Of a stretch of 61,502 nt of DNA, positions 6,801 through 16,655 are shown in pieces. Position numbers and translations under genes: made by a program. Below the pieces are notes generated by a model. The model searched no databases and was not told the origin of the DNA. It saw nothing but the letters and a program-made list of their open reading frames with translations. The stretch is from Candidatus Kaiserbacteria bacterium. GTDB lineage: Bacteria > Patescibacteriota > Minisyncoccia > Phycocordibacterales > UBA918. Position 1 is the stretch's first letter. Each line of letters opens with the position of its first letter. The stretch covers positions 1 to 61,502 of the forward strand of contig JANPCG010000002.1 of NCBI GenBank assembly GCA_031430855.1, written 5' to 3'.

Positions 6801-9317
6801 CTACAGGAGCTGCCAGCCTGCCCCCAAGAGAGGTTCCGCTTTTTTGAATTTTACCTGTTTGGTTTCAGTACCGTTTGTAATTGTAACCATGTCATTACGT
6901 CCCGGCATTTGCTCGGCAACCCGCGGTGCAGCCTTGACTCCACCCACATCAGGCTTTCCTTCGCTACTGCGGAGAGCAGCAGCAGCCTGCTGTTTCAGCT
7001 CCTCGTCTTCTTTATCAATAATTGCCGGCATAAGACGCGGAATAATCTCTGCAATACGAGTTCTCACGATAGTTTGCATTTCGCTAAATAACCGCGTTCC
7101 TTCTTTACGGTATTCTACGAGCGGGTCTCGTTGGCCGTACGCGCGAAGATTCACACTCGAGCGCGTATAGTTCATCACCTCGAGATGCTCTACCCATAAG
7201 GTATCAATCATTTGAAGCGACAGACGCCTAAAGAGATTCGTGAATTCTGCCTCACCCAATTCAGCTCGCTTGGCTGCAATGGCCGCTACGGTGTCAGGAC
7301 CAAGCGCTTCAACTTCACTCAATACCGCAGCGACTTCTGCTTCGTCACCCTGAAGCAATTTATGACGCCGGTCATAGATAATCATGCGCTGTTGATTGAG
7401 AACATCATCGTACGCGAGAACCTGTTTACGTGAATCAAAATGGAATCCTTCAATCCGTGTTTGCGCAGACTCTAGCTGCCGCGAAATGAGTTTCATCTCA
7501 ATCGGCTGATCAGCCGGAATACCAAACGTCCCCATGAGGTTCTTGACCCGCTCACCACCAAAGATCCGCATCAGCGAATCTTCCATCGAAACAAAGAATT
7601 GGGTGGCTCCCCGATCCCCTTGGCGACCAGCGCGACCCCGCAGCTGATTATCAATGCGACGGGCTTCATGACGCTCTGTTCCGAGTACAAACAAACCACC
7701 TAAACTCCTAACTTCATCAGCTTCTTCAGGAGTAGCTTGTGGCCCACCGAGCTTGATGTCGACACCGCGCCCTGCCATATTGGTAGCCAACGTGACCGCC
7801 CCCTTCTTTCCAGCGGCAGCAATGATTTCACCTTCCCTCTCGTGGTTCTTGGCATTAAGCATTTCATGTGCCACTCCCGCACTCGTGAGTGCTGTTGAGA
7901 GGCGTTCATTTGATTCAATTGACGCAGTACCAATCAGAATCGGCTGACCGGTCGTATTGATGTCTTTTACCTGTTTGATAATAGCCGTAAATTTTCCGGC
8001 TTCGTTTTGGAAAATGAGATCATTCTGGTCAACACGCTTCGTCTCGCGGTGTGTTGGTACCGGTACCACATCGAGTTTATACACTGTGTAAAACTCTTCT
8101 TGTGACGTTAAGGCTGTCCCCGTCATACCAGCGAGCTTTTCATACATACGGAAATAGTTCTGATACGTAATAGACGCATAGGTACGTGACTCACGTTGCA
8201 CAGACACCCCTTCTTTGGCTTCAACTGCCTGATGGAGTCCATCTGACCAGCGCCGACCTGGTTGCATACGGCCCGTAAACTCATCAACAATCACGACTTC
8301 GTTATCACGAACTACATACTCTTTATTATTAGTATAGAGCGCCTTAGCTTTTACGGCAGTCTCAAGATGATGAACATATTTGATACCTTTGTCGGTATAA
8401 ATATTTTCAATTCCAAGCATGCGCTCAGCCGCCTCTACTCCCGCATCGGTTAAGGTTGCACTCTTCATCTTTTCGTCTACCGCATAGTGTTCTTCGACCT
8501 TAAGGTTGCGCGCAATATTTGCAAACACACTATAAAGGTCTTCGGAATCAGAGGCCGGGGCCGAAATAATCAATGGCGTACGTGCCTCATCAATTAAAAT
8601 GGAGTCAATCTCGTCCACAATCGCAAACGCATGGCCTCGCTGCCTAAGGTTATCAACTTCGAATTCAATATTATCGCGCAGATAGTCAAAACCGAATTCA
8701 CTATTGGTACCGTAGGTAATATCAGCCGCATACGCTTCTCGTCTCGTACACGGGCGCAGAAAATCATACATTACCTTATATGAGCCTAGAGCATCACGCG
8801 TCGCGTCATTCTCCGTGTGTGATTCATCATAGAGGTATGACCCACCACCATTAATGATACCGACCGAAAGACCAAGACCCGCATAGATTTGCCCCATCCA
8901 GACTCCGTCACGACGAGCAAGATAATCGTTCACGGTTACCACGTGTACACCTTTACCCGTAAGTGCATTTAAATATGCCGGCAGTGTCCCTACCAAAGTC
9001 TTCCCTTCACCGGTGCGCATCTCAGTAATTTTACCGCGGTGCAAGAGTACACCTCCAACCAACTGCACATCGAAGTGTCGATGACCAAGGGTCCGCTTGC
9101 TCGATTCACGAGTCAGAGCAAACGCTTCAACCAATACATCGTCGAGACTGTCGCCTCCTTGCACTCGTGCTTGTAGTGCAATACTTCGCTCTACCAGGGC
9201 TTCATTTGATAAAGCTGATAACTCTTCCTCGAGTATGTTTATAGCCGAAACTAATGGCGAAATGGCCTTTAATTCCTTGGTGTAACTTGGACCAAAAAAC
9301 TTGTCTAAAAATTGCAT
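6801..9317 (-). CDS. secA: Preprotein translocase ATPase SecA
   Basis: 838 aa. MQFLDKFFG..., DEAD-like motor motifs (MRTGEGKTL, VDEIDSILIDEARTPLIIS), full-length SecA architecture. Confidence 0.97.
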   Translation of the reverse strand: MQFLDKFFGPSYTKELKAISPLVSAINILEEELSALSNEALVERSIALQARVQGGDSLDDVLVEAFALTRESSKRTLGHRHFDVQLVGGVLLHRGKITEMRTGEGKTLVGTLPAYLNALTGKGVHVVTVNDYLARRDGVWMGQIYAGLGLSVGIINGGGSYLYDESHTENDATRDALGSYKVMYDFLRPCTRREAYAADITYGTNSEFGFDYLRDNIEFEVDNLRQRGHAFAIVDEIDSILIDEARTPLIISAPASDSEDLYSVFANIARNLKVEEHYAVDEKMKSATLTDAGVEAAERMLGIENIYTDKGIKYVHHLETAVKAKALYTNNKEYVVRDNEVVIVDEFTGRMQPGRRWSDGLHQAVEAKEGVSVQRESRTYASITYQNYFRMYEKLAGMTGTALTSQEEFYTVYKLDVVPVPTHRETKRVDQNDLIFQNEAGKFTAIIKQVKDINTTGQPILIGTASIESNERLSTALTSAGVAHEMLNAKNHEREGEIIAAAGKKGAVTLATNMAGRGVDIKLGGPQATPEEADEVRSLGGLFVLGTERHEARRIDNQLRGRAGRQGDRGATQFFVSMEDSLMRIFGGERVKNLMGTFGIPADQPIEMKLISRQLESAQTRIEGFHFDSRKQVLAYDDVLNQQRMIIYDRRHKLLQGDEAEVAAVLSEVEALGPDTVAAIAAKRAELGEAEFTNLFRRLSLQMIDTLWVEHLEVMNYTRSSVNLRAYGQRDPLVEYRKEGTRLFSEMQTIVRTRIAEIIPRLMPAIIDKEDEELKQQAAAALRSSEGKPDVGGVKAAPRVAEQMPGRNDMVTITNGTETKQVKFKKAEPLLGAGWQLL

Positions 9318-9326
9318 AATTGGCCT

Positions 9327-9332
9327 AGTATA
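9327..9332 (-). promoter_or_regulatory. -10 box TATACT, 9 nt upstream of the secA ATG
   Basis: Reverse complement of 9318-9334 reads GCTATACTaggccaatt followed by ATG. Confidence 0.4.
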
Positions 9333-9344
9333 GCGGTAATTTTA

Positions 9345-9389
9345 AATAAACACAAAAAAGCATAAATCGCCTTTACAGGCGATTTATGC
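9345..9389 (-). terminator. Rho-independent terminator after the Lys-rich gene
   Basis: 12-bp stem GCATAAATCGCC/GGCGATTTATGC (9360-9371 with 9378-9389) and a 6-nt loop. On the minus strand it is followed by TTTTTTGTGTTTATT. Confidence 0.65.
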
Positions 9390-9412
9390 AATCAGTCGCA
9401 CGCGAAGATGAT

Positions 9413-9586
9413 TTACTTCTTGCGTGCTGGAGCTTTTTTTGCTGCCTTCTTCACTACCTTCTTTGTTGCCTTCTTTGCAACTTTCTTCACTACTTTCTTT
9501 ACAACCTTCTTTGCTACCTTCTTTACTACCTTCTTCACAACTTTCTTAACTGCCTTCTTAGCAACCTTCTTTTTTGCTACTGCCAT
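9413..9586 (-). CDS. 58-aa Lys/Ala/Val-rich histone-H1-like basic protein (likely nucleoid/DNA-binding)
   Basis: MAVAKKKVAKKAVKKVVKKVVKKVAKKVVKKVVKKVAKKATKKVVKKAAKKAPARKK. I chose the internal ATG at 9586 rather than the track start at 9634. Strand was chosen because the terminator at 9345-9389 works only for the minus strand; the two plus-strand ORFs are mirror artefacts. Confidence 0.55.
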   Translation of the reverse strand: MAVAKKKVAKKAVKKVVKKVVKKVAKKVVKKVVKKVAKKATKKVVKKAAKKAPARKK

Positions 9587-9813
9587 AAAAATGTGTGTGG
9601 TGAGATTAGTGAATAAATTTCGACCGCATGACACCCTCGATTTTCAAAGAACAAGTCGATGAGAAATGTCTGCATGTATATATTATGGCGCGTAAAAAAT
9701 ATTCGCACAATTTTTTTTAAAAATTATTTGGGGATAAGTATTTTTATTTATTTTAATTTTTATTTAAAATATTTTTTATTTTTTGAAATAAAAAAATAAA
9801 ATTGTCGGTAAAT

Positions 9814-10857
9814 TTAATTTTTTGATAGTGAAGAAAAAATTTTTGTTACTTCACATTCAATTTCAATATTCGTTTTTTGTTTTACGATGTCAACGATATC
9901 GGAGGCGAAGGAAAGAATCTCTGCGGTCGTCGCACCAACGTCAGCCACTAATACTAATGCTTGCGCTTCATATAATCGTATATTACCTTTCCTAAAACCC
10001 TTGAGATTACAGACTTTATCGAGGATATACCCGAGCGACACTTTCACATAGCCACTACGCACGGGATACACGGGTAGTGATGGATATAACATAGTCAGCC
10101 TCTCCTTCTCGGCTTCAGTGATGATTGGATTTTTAAAAAATGATCCTGCTGTGCCAACAGTATGCCAATCAGGAAACTTTTTCGCCCGGATAGCAATAAT
10201 AGTGTCACGAATAAGTGACTGCGTTATTGAGTGTCCCATAACTGCTGCTTGTATATCAGCATACAGAATTTTTGGTTGTGGTATCTGTGATAGTAAAAAC
10301 GAAACTGCAACAACTATGTAATGACGATGTGTCTCGTGTTTAAAAACCGAATCGCGATACGCAAATACACACTCACGCGGTGTCATGACGCAAACAGTAT
10401 TTGTCATCGTGTCGTAGACCGTGACAGAAGAAATAAGGTCACTCACCTCCACCCCATAGGCGCCTACATTTTGAATTGGCGTTGCACCAATCGTTCCAGG
10501 AACATGAGAAAGATTTTCCAATCCCCAATACCCATGCGTCACCGTTTCAGCAATCACCTCATCAAGGACCTCCCCTGCTCCATATGTTACTTCAACCAGC
10601 TCCTCATTCTCAACCCTACGATATACCCGACCCATTATGTGCATAAGGATTACCACCCCAGCAAACCCCGCATCATCTATGAGTACATTCGAGCCGCCAC
10701 CTAACACCAAAAGCGGCAGGTTGTTTGCCTGCGCAAACAACACTGCCGCTGTTAGTTCATCTACAGTCGTAACCGTGATGAGAAAATCTGCTGATCCTCC
10801 AGTTTTAAGTGTCGTATATTCGCTCAGAACTACCTGCTCCCGCTTCAGCAGATTCAT
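9814..10857 (-). CDS. murB: UDP-N-acetylenolpyruvoylglucosamine reductase
   Basis: 347 aa. FAD-binding N-terminus (LKTGGSADFLI...LLVLGGGSNVLIDD) and a MurB C-terminal domain. Confidence 0.9.
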   Translation of the reverse strand: MNLLKREQVVLSEYTTLKTGGSADFLITVTTVDELTAAVLFAQANNLPLLVLGGGSNVLIDDAGFAGVVILMHIMGRVYRRVENEELVEVTYGAGEVLDEVIAETVTHGYWGLENLSHVPGTIGATPIQNVGAYGVEVSDLISSVTVYDTMTNTVCVMTPRECVFAYRDSVFKHETHRHYIVVAVSFLLSQIPQPKILYADIQAAVMGHSITQSLIRDTIIAIRAKKFPDWHTVGTAGSFFKNPIITEAEKERLTMLYPSLPVYPVRSGYVKVSLGYILDKVCNLKGFRKGNIRLYEAQALVLVADVGATTAEILSFASDIVDIVKQKTNIEIECEVTKIFSSLSKN

Positions 10858-10864
10858 ATACTAA

Positions 10865-13051
10865 CTACTGACAGCCTATCTGTGGTTCACGACCAGCCTG
10901 CAGGTTCCCGATGAGACACTGTGCTGTCGGCGCAAATGATGGTACTGCGGCACTCGCCCGCGTAAGTGTATCAATGGCTTTATTTTGTTCTTTTATTTGG
11001 TAGTACAAGAACGCGAGACTGGCCCAGTTCTGAGCATTCGAAGTATCGTTAACAACCCGAACCTCGTAGAGTTCTGCCATATAATCCATTTCACCAGCAG
11101 TGTTTACCGCCGAAACAACAAAGTCACTGAGGGCAAGACGCTTCTTAAACTCATCAGATGATTCGGCAATCATGGCTTTTGCTCCGACCACATCACGAGT
11201 GTAAAAGAGTGAGGCGATGTAGTACTCTTTTGCTTCTTCATTTCTGGTATCAAGCTCGTACGCCTCCTTGAAGAAATCTCGCGCCCCTTCGTTGTTTCCG
11301 AGACTAAGTTCAATGGCTCCTTGCTGTAAAATAATTGCTTGTTTACGGGGAGAGAATTTTCGAGCTAACGCGATTTGTTCTTTCGCTTTTTCGATATCAC
11401 TTGTAGCCCGGTAGTAACTGGCCAAGAACACATGCAGTCGGGCGTCGCCCGGCTTCGATTCTGCGAGCGCGAGCAACTCCTCTTCGGCTCGGGCTTTAAA
11501 TGTATCTTTTATCTCAGTGGGGATAGTAGTGTCGTTTGAAGACGCTAGTCCCATCGCTTGCTGGGCAAATTGTTCGACGATTTCTTGCCGAGAGAATGAG
11601 CCCCGACTAAGAGCCGTTTCAAAATTAGCCAGCCGGTCTTTTATGTCACGAGACTGAAAGGCAACAATAATATCTTTCGCCGCTTGAATATTCGGCACAT
11701 TGACGACATAGACCACAGCTACCATTACAATCAACGCTACCGGCAATACAACTTGTGTTGTTATCGCTTCCGGAATTCTCATTTTCATCAGCTTAGGCAT
11801 ATCAGTCCCCACTCGACTATGAATAAGACCAAGTATCACGGCAAAGAACATGTAACTGACGATATTATCAAACACCACGAGGTTGTGTGTGACGTACCCA
11901 GCAATTAACCCAAGCAAGATACCGCGCTCAATGACACTGAAGCGCTCGTCGTTGTTACGGATAGGGAGAATAAACAAGTAATATAAAATTGCGGCAAAGA
12001 TTGAGACATAGGCCAAAAATCCAACAATTCCTCCGGCAATCAGCCAATCAAGCACAATATTGTGTGTGCGATCGAACCACTGTTCCTGGGCGTAAAGACG
12101 AGGGTCGTACTGCTCGTTAAATGCATAGTTGAAGTTACCCTGACCCCAACCAAACAGTGGCTTCTCCTTTACTCCCTCGACTGCCATTCCCCAAATAATA
12201 CTACGGATACTTAGATCACTACCGAGGTCGATACTCGCGATACGCACGAGAGCAGGAGTGTTTTGTATAAAGGCTGTATCGCGGGCAGCAATAAACGCAC
12301 CAACAAGCAAAACTACTACAGCGAGAGCGCCAAGAGCATACTTACGTACCTGTTTTGCACGAGTCGCAAACAGAGCGATATACCCGACTGAAACAAGGGC
12401 TCCGACCACCAACCCAATTGAGGTACCGCGTGTACCGGTTAATATAAGCACGTAGACAAACAGTACTATCAATAACGCATATATAATCCGGTACGGCGTC
12501 ACCTTTGTTTGCGCAAAAAGATAGGCCAAAATAAACACATGGAAAAGCATGTACACTGCCATATAAGCAGCGTTACCGAGCGTACTGTCAACACGCACGG
12601 CTTCACCCGTGAGCTGCGAAAGCCCCTTTAGCGCCACAAAACCAGCCACGACAACTGAGGTGTGGAGAAAATACGACCACATCAGAGGGGTTCGCAACAT
12701 ACTCCCCAAAACAACGAAGTAGAGAAACACATGGATGAGAGTAACGTACCCATCCATACGTTCAAAGTTACTCCAAAAGGCAGTGCTTTGGTGGACCGCA
12801 TTAAGGTTTGCCACAAACATCACAGCGATAAGGGCACCAAAAGACGCCAAGATCCACGAAAAGCGAGGACGGTACTGTGCATCATAAAATGCCAATACTA
12901 CCCAGAGTGAAAGCACCACTTCAACAATAATTCGAAAGGCAAAGTTTTTTCCGGTAATAAACGGAAAGAAATAATCATTTGCTACATAGAGTGTTAAAAA
13001 CGGCACTAGAAATAAACCTACCAAAACGGCTCCTTTTAAAATATCTTTCAT
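10865..13051 (-). CDS. O-antigen-ligase/polymerase-like (Wzy_C type) polytopic membrane protein with C-terminal TPR repeats
   Basis: 728 aa. About 12 hydrophobic helices in the first ~440 aa, then TPR-like repeats (ARLHVFLASYYRATSDIEKAKEQIALARKFSP..., NEGARDFFKEAYELDTRNEEAKEYY...). Confidence 0.65.
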   Translation of the reverse strand: MKDILKGAVLVGLFLVPFLTLYVANDYFFPFITGKNFAFRIIVEVVLSLWVVLAFYDAQYRPRFSWILASFGALIAVMFVANLNAVHQSTAFWSNFERMDGYVTLIHVFLYFVVLGSMLRTPLMWSYFLHTSVVVAGFVALKGLSQLTGEAVRVDSTLGNAAYMAVYMLFHVFILAYLFAQTKVTPYRIIYALLIVLFVYVLILTGTRGTSIGLVVGALVSVGYIALFATRAKQVRKYALGALAVVVLLVGAFIAARDTAFIQNTPALVRIASIDLGSDLSIRSIIWGMAVEGVKEKPLFGWGQGNFNYAFNEQYDPRLYAQEQWFDRTHNIVLDWLIAGGIVGFLAYVSIFAAILYYLFILPIRNNDERFSVIERGILLGLIAGYVTHNLVVFDNIVSYMFFAVILGLIHSRVGTDMPKLMKMRIPEAITTQVVLPVALIVMVAVVYVVNVPNIQAAKDIIVAFQSRDIKDRLANFETALSRGSFSRQEIVEQFAQQAMGLASSNDTTIPTEIKDTFKARAEEELLALAESKPGDARLHVFLASYYRATSDIEKAKEQIALARKFSPRKQAIILQQGAIELSLGNNEGARDFFKEAYELDTRNEEAKEYYIASLFYTRDVVGAKAMIAESSDEFKKRLALSDFVVSAVNTAGEMDYMAELYEVRVVNDTSNAQNWASLAFLYYQIKEQNKAIDTLTRASAAVPSFAPTAQCLIGNLQAGREPQIGCQ

Positions 13052-13060
13052 ATGTCGAGT

Positions 13061-13066
13061 AATATA
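13061..13066 (-). promoter_or_regulatory. -10 box GGTATATT, 9 nt upstream of ATG 13051
   Basis: Reverse complement of 13052-13068 reads GGTATATTactcgacat followed by ATG. Confidence 0.35.
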
Positions 13067-13149
13067 CCATATTACAAAACACTGCTCCCCCTAGACGAGG
13101 GAATGCTTTAGGCGCACAATCTACCCTCTGTGGCTCTACGGACTCTATT

Positions 13150-13974
13150 TTAAACGTCTTCTAAGTTCCAAAAGGCTCCCATGTTACGGTGCATAAAATT
13201 TGACAGCGGGTGTGCATCAATCGCAAAAGCCCGCTTAAAGGGAGCTAGTTCTTCGGGGCTAAAATACTTCTCAATCACATACGGTGGAGGGAAAACGGGT
13301 TGCGGTGGTTTTTCCGTTAGGTGTTTGATTTTCTTTTTAATGAACATAATCAAACGCTTTAGTTTCGACGGATTGATTGGCTCATCTGGTGGAGGTGCGT
13401 ACGCGGCTAACGTTTTTGGAATGAAGTTTGAATCAACTTCTAAAAATGCATAGAGAGCCTGCATTACCTTGAGGGGATTTTCCACTAATTCGTCATACAC
13501 AATTACCATGATTTGAAGGGATGAATAGTACGCAAAATACTCACGCAAGTGCTGACCGTAAAAACCATCTGTTTGTGCCCGCGGGACCGTAGCGAGATAC
13601 CGGGCACACGAAATTTGTGAACTTACTTGTCGTTTCGCTTTTGCATACTCATACTGCACTATCGCCCGCTCAATCGGATTACGGACAATAACAAAAATTT
13701 TAGTATCCGGATACTCGCGCACAATTCGTTCGGCCACCCCCGGTGTTGTCATATAACTTGGACAACACTCCCCCGTGAGGGTACCGGGTGCTTTTTTAGG
13801 CAAGGTGTCCTCGTACCATCCTACCCCCTTTGATTCATAAGCGTCCGTATTAAAAAACTGAAGCGCGGGAATTTGATCCACAATGGCCGGGTGACACGCG
13901 AGCAGTCTCGTCACGACACTTAAGCCCGCCTGGGGAGCTCCAATACCAATAAAGTCCGGGGTGTTACATTGCAT
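13150..13974 (-). CDS. Sulfotransferase-family protein
   Basis: 274 aa. 5'-PSB-like motif PDFIGIGAPQAGLS and 3'-PB-like motif VIVRNPIERAIVQYEY. Confidence 0.7.
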   Translation of the reverse strand: MQCNTPDFIGIGAPQAGLSVVTRLLACHPAIVDQIPALQFFNTDAYESKGVGWYEDTLPKKAPGTLTGECCPSYMTTPGVAERIVREYPDTKIFVIVRNPIERAIVQYEYAKAKRQVSSQISCARYLATVPRAQTDGFYGQHLREYFAYYSSLQIMVIVYDELVENPLKVMQALYAFLEVDSNFIPKTLAAYAPPPDEPINPSKLKRLIMFIKKKIKHLTEKPPQPVFPPPYVIEKYFSPEELAPFKRAFAIDAHPLSNFMHRNMGAFWNLEDV

Positions 13975-13981
13975 ACTAGAC

Positions 13982-13987
13982 AGTATA
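13982..13987 (-). promoter_or_regulatory. -10 box GGTATACT, 7 nt upstream of ATG 13974
   Basis: Reverse complement of 13975-13990 reads CGGTATACTgtctagt followed by ATG. Confidence 0.4.
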
Positions 13988-14009
13988 CCGTATTCTTTTT
14001 TGTAAAATA

Positions 14010-15344
14010 CTACGAATCTTCGGTTTCCGTCTCCTCCACCAATAACAGGGCTTCTTCAACACTATCGCGATAGGCCTGCCGGTAAACTGCCGGATCTTCA
14101 TGCAGTCTGGTTTCAGCGACGAGTTTTACCGCTTCAGAAAAATACCGGCGCAGACCATTATCATTTAACAAACGATTGAGTTTTTCGGCTAGGTCAGAGA
14201 TGGTATTTTCCTGATAGAAAAAAACCGATTCACCATCAATAAACAAATCCGTTCTGAGCGGCGTGGCAGCCATAATCATTGGTGTCCCTGTAGCAGCTCC
14301 CTGCATCGCCACCTCATCAGCGTCTGATGACTGGTCGGGAATTACCAAAACATCTGCCGTCTCGAAATAACGACGAATGGTATTCACTCGTTTTTCAAAC
14401 ACCACTTGGTTTTTCATTCCTAATACTTCTGCACGCTTCATAAACTCGGACCGCGCATTCCCGTCTCCAATAATCACCAGCCCCACGCGAGGATTGCGTA
14501 ATAATTCCCGAGTCGCATCAATGATCTGGTACGCAAGGCTTCCCGTGTCGAGCGATCCTACATACAAAATGATAAATGAGAATTGTCGGTACGTATCTTT
14601 AATTGATAGTAGTGGTGCCTCACCCGGCTGTCTAAAGTAATTGTGAAAACGCGGCAAAGTCGCAATGTCGGGAATCGTTGGGTACGATAATTGTAGTTTT
14701 TTTGTTAATTGATCAGTGCTCGTTCGAATACTTAAAAACTTTGGCACCACATACCCTAGGATCATACGGCGCAACCATGAACTATTAGGATTTTTGCTTG
14801 AGGTCCTTTTGGAAAAGTCTGACAAGACATGCAGCTGTGTTGCACGACCGTAACGACGCCCGGCAATTGAGGCCACCAAGGCACTCTCAAAGGGGTCACG
14901 AGCCACAATTAAGTCACTCCGGAACCCACCAGCAAAAACGAGATGACTTTTAATCAGCTCTAACGCTACATACGGTGTCCACCACCAATGTGTAGCCGAA
15001 GCCACGTACAACCACACGTTCGGAGCGACGCGCAACACTGGGTTGCGAGTACGAATACCCGGCTGCAACACAATAATGTGCACCTCATCAAAAACGTCAG
15101 ATAAATTAAGATATCCATCAAGACTTTGGGTGGTTTGGTTTAGTAGCTCAGTATCTCGCGAAATAAAAAGTAACCGAATCGTATCTCGATTAGAAACGAT
15201 ATCAAGCTGGGTTGAACCGGCTCGCGCGTCTTTAATTGATTCACGCACCACCGTCTCATTACCGTCATTCTTGAGCACATATTCAAGCACATCACGTTGC
15301 CGTGACGCTACATCATACTTAGAAAGATCAATCGGGGTTTTCAT
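14010..15344 (-). CDS. Glycosyltransferase, GT-B fold (GT4/glycos_transf_1-like)
   Basis: C-terminal half VIIGDGNARSEFMKRAEVLGMKNQVVFEKRV...ADVLVIPDQSSDADEVAMQGAATGTPMI. I use ATG 15344 rather than the track GTG at 15383, because a GGTATACT box (15361-15366) lies between the two. Confidence 0.75.
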   Translation of the reverse strand: MKTPIDLSKYDVASRQRDVLEYVLKNDGNETVVRESIKDARAGSTQLDIVSNRDTIRLLFISRDTELLNQTTQSLDGYLNLSDVFDEVHIIVLQPGIRTRNPVLRVAPNVWLYVASATHWWWTPYVALELIKSHLVFAGGFRSDLIVARDPFESALVASIAGRRYGRATQLHVLSDFSKRTSSKNPNSSWLRRMILGYVVPKFLSIRTSTDQLTKKLQLSYPTIPDIATLPRFHNYFRQPGEAPLLSIKDTYRQFSFIILYVGSLDTGSLAYQIIDATRELLRNPRVGLVIIGDGNARSEFMKRAEVLGMKNQVVFEKRVNTIRRYFETADVLVIPDQSSDADEVAMQGAATGTPMIMAATPLRTDLFIDGESVFFYQENTISDLAEKLNRLLNDNGLRRYFSEAVKLVAETRLHEDPAVYRQAYRDSVEEALLLVEETETEDS

Positions 15345-15360
15345 AACTCTATACCCCACT

Positions 15361-15366
15361 AGTATA
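15361..15366 (-). promoter_or_regulatory. -10 box GGTATACT, 16 nt upstream of ATG 15344
   Basis: Reverse complement reads GCGCGGTATACTagtggggtatagagtt followed by ATG. Confidence 0.35.
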
Positions 15367-15412
15367 CCGCGCTCACCCCTCACATACCGGGACAGCCGGC
15401 GAGAGACGGGTA

Positions 15413-16420
15413 TTACTGTATGAGTTTCATAATTACCGCAGCGAGTTTTTCTGAATCGTGGCGAATCAAACTCCGCGGGAGACTGTCGCCGCGACTCGTC
15501 GTCACCGCCTCGGTGGCAACGAGATCGTGATGGTGAAACTGCATTCCCTTGTATGGCTCTATTTCTACGGAAACAGGGTGATTTCCTTCAGCGGTATACC
15601 GGGCCACCAGATCAGCATCAAACGACGTGGCATTACACACCACATGTTGCGGTACGATACCGGCGTACTTTTCTAATTCACTCAAGTAATCACGTAGATG
15701 CATTCCTTTTGTTTGCCCCAACCGAGACATTAAATTAGCAACGTACACCGTAGTAGCAGCACTCGCCTGTGCCGCTTCTCTAAATCCCATCGTCACACAA
15801 TTTGCTAAGATACTCGTATAGAGATCGCCCGGACCAAATATAATCACATCCGCCTCACGCACGGCCGTATCAGCCGCAACCGAGAGTCTCGCTTCGGGTG
15901 TGAGCGTAAACGAGACGATACGCCGTTCAGCCCGAGACAGTGGCGGCACATCAATATAATGTTCCCCGACTACCTCCACCCCATCATCATAGAGGGCTTT
16001 GAGGTGCACATTATCGGTCGTAACTGGTATCACACGACCACACGTCTTAAGGAGCGTCCCCGTAGTCTCAATCGCCGCTGCCTGACTACCCATAATATCA
16101 GTCAGGGCCGTCAGGAGGAGATTCCCAAAGGTATGCCCCGAGAGTCCTTCGCCTTTATCAAACCGATACAAAAATAACTCGCGGACTAATTCCGCATGAC
16201 TATCGACATCCGTTGCTAAAGCAGCCAAGGCCATCCGAACGTCACCAACCGGCAACTGACCAAACTCATCACGCAGTCGCCCAGTTGAACCGCCCGAGTC
16301 GGCCATAGTAACAATCGAAGTGAGATCGACAGTATCAGTATAATGCCGTAATCCGCGCAGTATCGTATACGTTCCTGTACCTCCGCCAATCACAACAATT
16401 TTCTTTTTTAGGTGTGACAT
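15413..16420 (-). CDS. yvcK: YvcK/CofD-family protein (gluconeogenesis factor; UPF0052)
   Basis: KKIVVIGGGTGTYTILRGL...IVTMADSGGSTGRLRDEFGQLPVGDVR. ATG at 16420; the track ORF starts at a TTG at 16435. Confidence 0.85.
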   Translation of the reverse strand: MSHLKKKIVVIGGGTGTYTILRGLRHYTDTVDLTSIVTMADSGGSTGRLRDEFGQLPVGDVRMALAALATDVDSHAELVRELFLYRFDKGEGLSGHTFGNLLLTALTDIMGSQAAAIETTGTLLKTCGRVIPVTTDNVHLKALYDDGVEVVGEHYIDVPPLSRAERRIVSFTLTPEARLSVAADTAVREADVIIFGPGDLYTSILANCVTMGFREAAQASAATTVYVANLMSRLGQTKGMHLRDYLSELEKYAGIVPQHVVCNATSFDADLVARYTAEGNHPVSVEIEPYKGMQFHHHDLVATEAVTTSRGDSLPRSLIRHDSEKLAAVIMKLIQ

Positions 16421-16490
16421 ATCAGTTTTAAACAACCTTTAGATCCTAAAAGATACATGTCCTTTTATTTACCAAAACGCTCAAGTTAGT

Positions 16491-16649
16491 TTACGATTTA
16501 TTTTCAAACTGCTTTAGATTTGCCATAAACTCCTCAACAGTATTAAAAGCTGGACTAAGACCATTTTTTTCAATATCAGTTTCAACTTCCGCAATCAACT
16601 TTTCAAGTTTCGGTGATATTTTTTCTGGGGTAAAGTGTTTAGTATTCAT
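16491..16649 (-). CDS. Orphan 52-aa acidic protein (below the track cut-off), function unknown
   Basis: Manual translation: MNTKHFTPEKISPKLEKLIAEVETDIEKNGLSPAFNTVEEFMANLKQFENKS, then TAA. Has its own near-consensus promoter. Confidence 0.35.
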   Translation of the reverse strand: MNTKHFTPEKISPKLEKLIAEVETDIEKNGLSPAFNTVEEFMANLKQFENKS

Positions 16650-16655
16650 GTACTA

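Noticed and set aside
6766-9285. Plus-strand ORFs inside secA, and similar antisense ORFs inside gatB, obg, murB, the O-antigen-ligase gene, methyltransferases and others.
   Set aside because: Each is embedded in a long gene with clear family motifs on the opposite strand. Their products are low-complexity, and none has its own promoter box.
9386-9662. Plus-strand ORFs 9386..9616 and 9408..9662 (Leu/Phe/Cys-rich).
   Set aside because: They are the reverse-strand reading of the Lys-codon repeat. The only good terminator (9345-9389) serves the minus strand, and the F/L/T-rich products look non-biological.
9690-9813. A+T-rich tract as a replication-origin unwinding element.
   Set aside because: Only one near DnaA box (TTATCCCCA, reverse complement of 9729-9737) is present, and there is no dnaA/dnaN context. 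It is more simply the promoter/curved-DNA region of the Lys-rich gene and the murB 3' flank.
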